A DNA stretch of 32,000 nucleotides, from NCBI RefSeq assembly GCF_025273655.1, contig NZ_CP045921.1:480001-512000 (forward strand). Reading direction: 5' to 3'. Both the position numbers and the translations under genes were made by a program. The notes beneath the pieces were generated by a model. That model saw only the letters and a program-made list of their open reading frames with translations. It had not been told where the DNA came from and did no database searches. This DNA is from Candidatus Saccharimonadota bacterium (GTDB taxonomy: Bacteria; Patescibacteriota; Saccharimonadia; Saccharimonadales; Saccharimonadaceae). Positions 31,014-32,000 of the stretch are shown piece after piece (the first letter of the stretch is position 1; every line of letters starts with the position of its first letter).

Positions 31014-32000
31014 TATGCAATTCCTTTCTGTAGTCCCTCGACAGGCTCGAGCGGCAAAATTTCGTTTTTGTACGCACGGGGCAGCATATTACTCGGGTGC
31101 CACTGTGATTTGGTGGCGCGCAAGGTTTCCTGCCGCTGCTGCTTGAGGCCATGCGCATACGAAAGATCGACGACGTTCTGCGCTTGATAATTACCAGATG
31201 CTTGTGCGTATTCGGTACCGACACTTCCCGTCATACTGAATACGATCTGGGCCAAGCGAAAACCGACTGGGACAGGCAGGAACTCTTTTTCGTTCAGGTT
31301 ATGAATCTCCATCGTCCACCGGTTGATATAGCCGGGGTCGCCCCAGCCTGCACAGTAGCATGCTGACAGCCCGATCCGACCAGTAGTGCTGCGCGCCTGC
31401 ATGGATGTAGTACCCGGCGGCAGTATACCGATAAATTCGTTGGTGTGTGCGAGAATTCGTTCACCTGGCCGTAGTAAGATCATCGGATGCTCCGCGGGGA
31501 TACGCGAAAGTTGCTCCTCGTTTTCGTAGCGAGCCAGCACACGCTGACCCATTTGTTTTTTGACTTTTGTGAGTACAGCTCCCCAGGGCTCCGCCGTCAA
31601 AAAGTCTGTCTCCGGGTCTTTGATGCCGTAATAACGTAACGTATCTTCGTAATCATACGGGGTGAAAATCGTGTCGGTAGTGTGAGGTTCTCCCGCGGCA
31701 TAGAACTGCTTACCGATTGTGACGTCTACACTCGAACCATTAATACTGCGTGGATATGGATCGCATACGATGTGGCCAAGTTCCAAGCCGACACGTATTT
31801 CACGATCGCTGAGTACTCCGTTGCTGCGAAGGAATGCTTTGTCAGTTGTAAACACAGGTTTGTCGGCTGGATCGGACAGGTGCTCGTGTCGCATGATCTC
31901 ATGAAATAGTTCATCTTGTTCTGCCTGTGTGGCATCGTTGTCGCGCGTGTCGACGTTATACACTTTTTCACCAGCGATTTCTACCAGGCCACTTCTCACT
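31013..32000 (-). CDS. dcd: dCTP deaminase-family protein, unusually long (at least 328 aa); 5' end may lie outside the window
   Basis: LSDREI...INGSSVDVTIG, LRPGERILAHTNEFIGLP, ARSTTGRIGL, AGWGDPGYINRWTMEIHN, GFRLAQIVF. Has N-terminal, internal and C-terminal extensions relative to the ~190-aa canonical enzymes. The track start is a GTG at the window edge. Confidence 0.8.
   Translation of the reverse strand, partial: VRSGLVEIAGEKVYNVDTRDNDATQAEQDELFHEIMRHEHLSDPADKPVFTTDKAFLRSNGVLSDREIRVGLELGHIVCDPYPRSINGSSVDVTIGKQFYAAGEPHTTDTIFTPYDYEDTLRYYGIKDPETDFLTAEPWGAVLTKVKKQMGQRVLARYENEEQLSRIPAEHPMILLRPGERILAHTNEFIGILPPGTTSMQARSTTGRIGLSACYCAGWGDPGYINRWTMEIHNLNEKEFLPVPVGFRLAQIVFSMTGSVGTEYAQASGNYQAQNVVDLSYAHGLKQQRQETLRATKSQWHPSNMLPRAYKNEILPLEPVEGLQKGIA

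Noticed and set aside
1-32000. A scan for CRISPR arrays, IS elements or transposases, integrases, rRNA, and long direct or inverted repeats.
   Set aside because: Reading by eye, I found no regularly spaced repeats, no transposase or integrase-like ORFs and no rRNA-like sequence. The only notable repeats are the 30-nt tRNA-Gln duplication and the 27-nt in-frame duplication reported above. A computational repeat search could still reveal diverged copies.

Overview
The window is gene-dense, with about 30 credible genes, many overlapping by 1-11 nt at start/stop. Background GC is roughly 50% by hand counts on sample lines. The tight spacing and the minimal housekeeping set (eukaryote-type GH13 branching enzyme, greA, tgt, cysS, a DHH/NrnA-like phosphoesterase, recR, ybaB, dnaB, dnaX, rplL, rplJ, tmk, dcd) fit a reduced-genome Patescibacteria/CPR organism, probably Saccharibacteria-like. 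That taxonomic call is inference only.

Accessory material is interleaved with this core:
- Two paralogous operons, each an ABC transporter plus an OmpR/HisKA two-component system (5885->2019 and 15366->11661, both minus strand).
- Two conspicuously GC-rich (about 60-65%) secreted hydrolase genes flanking the first module: an S1E-like serine protease (1197-1889) and a PE-PPE-domain serine hydrolase (6157-7440).
- A tRNA-Gln(UUG) next to that hydrolase, whose 3' end plus flank is duplicated as a 30-nt repeat 190 bp away, which looks like an integration scar.
- A divergent P-type ATPase translationally coupled to a Cys-less, membrane-anchored thioredoxin-fold protein.
- An AT-rich stand-alone RNAP alpha-CTD-like gene.
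- A lone plus-strand small membrane protein gene with a perfect sigma-70 consensus promoter.
- Several orphan genes.

I saw no CRISPR array, rRNA, transposase or integrase.

My best candidate for something new is the 1.2-7.9 kb locus. It combines actinobacterial-type secreted hydrolases, a MacB/FtsX-type ABC transporter with its two-component system, and the tRNA att scar. I read it as a possible horizontally acquired host-envelope-attack or sensing module.

All domain calls come from motif recognition by eye. No database search was run.
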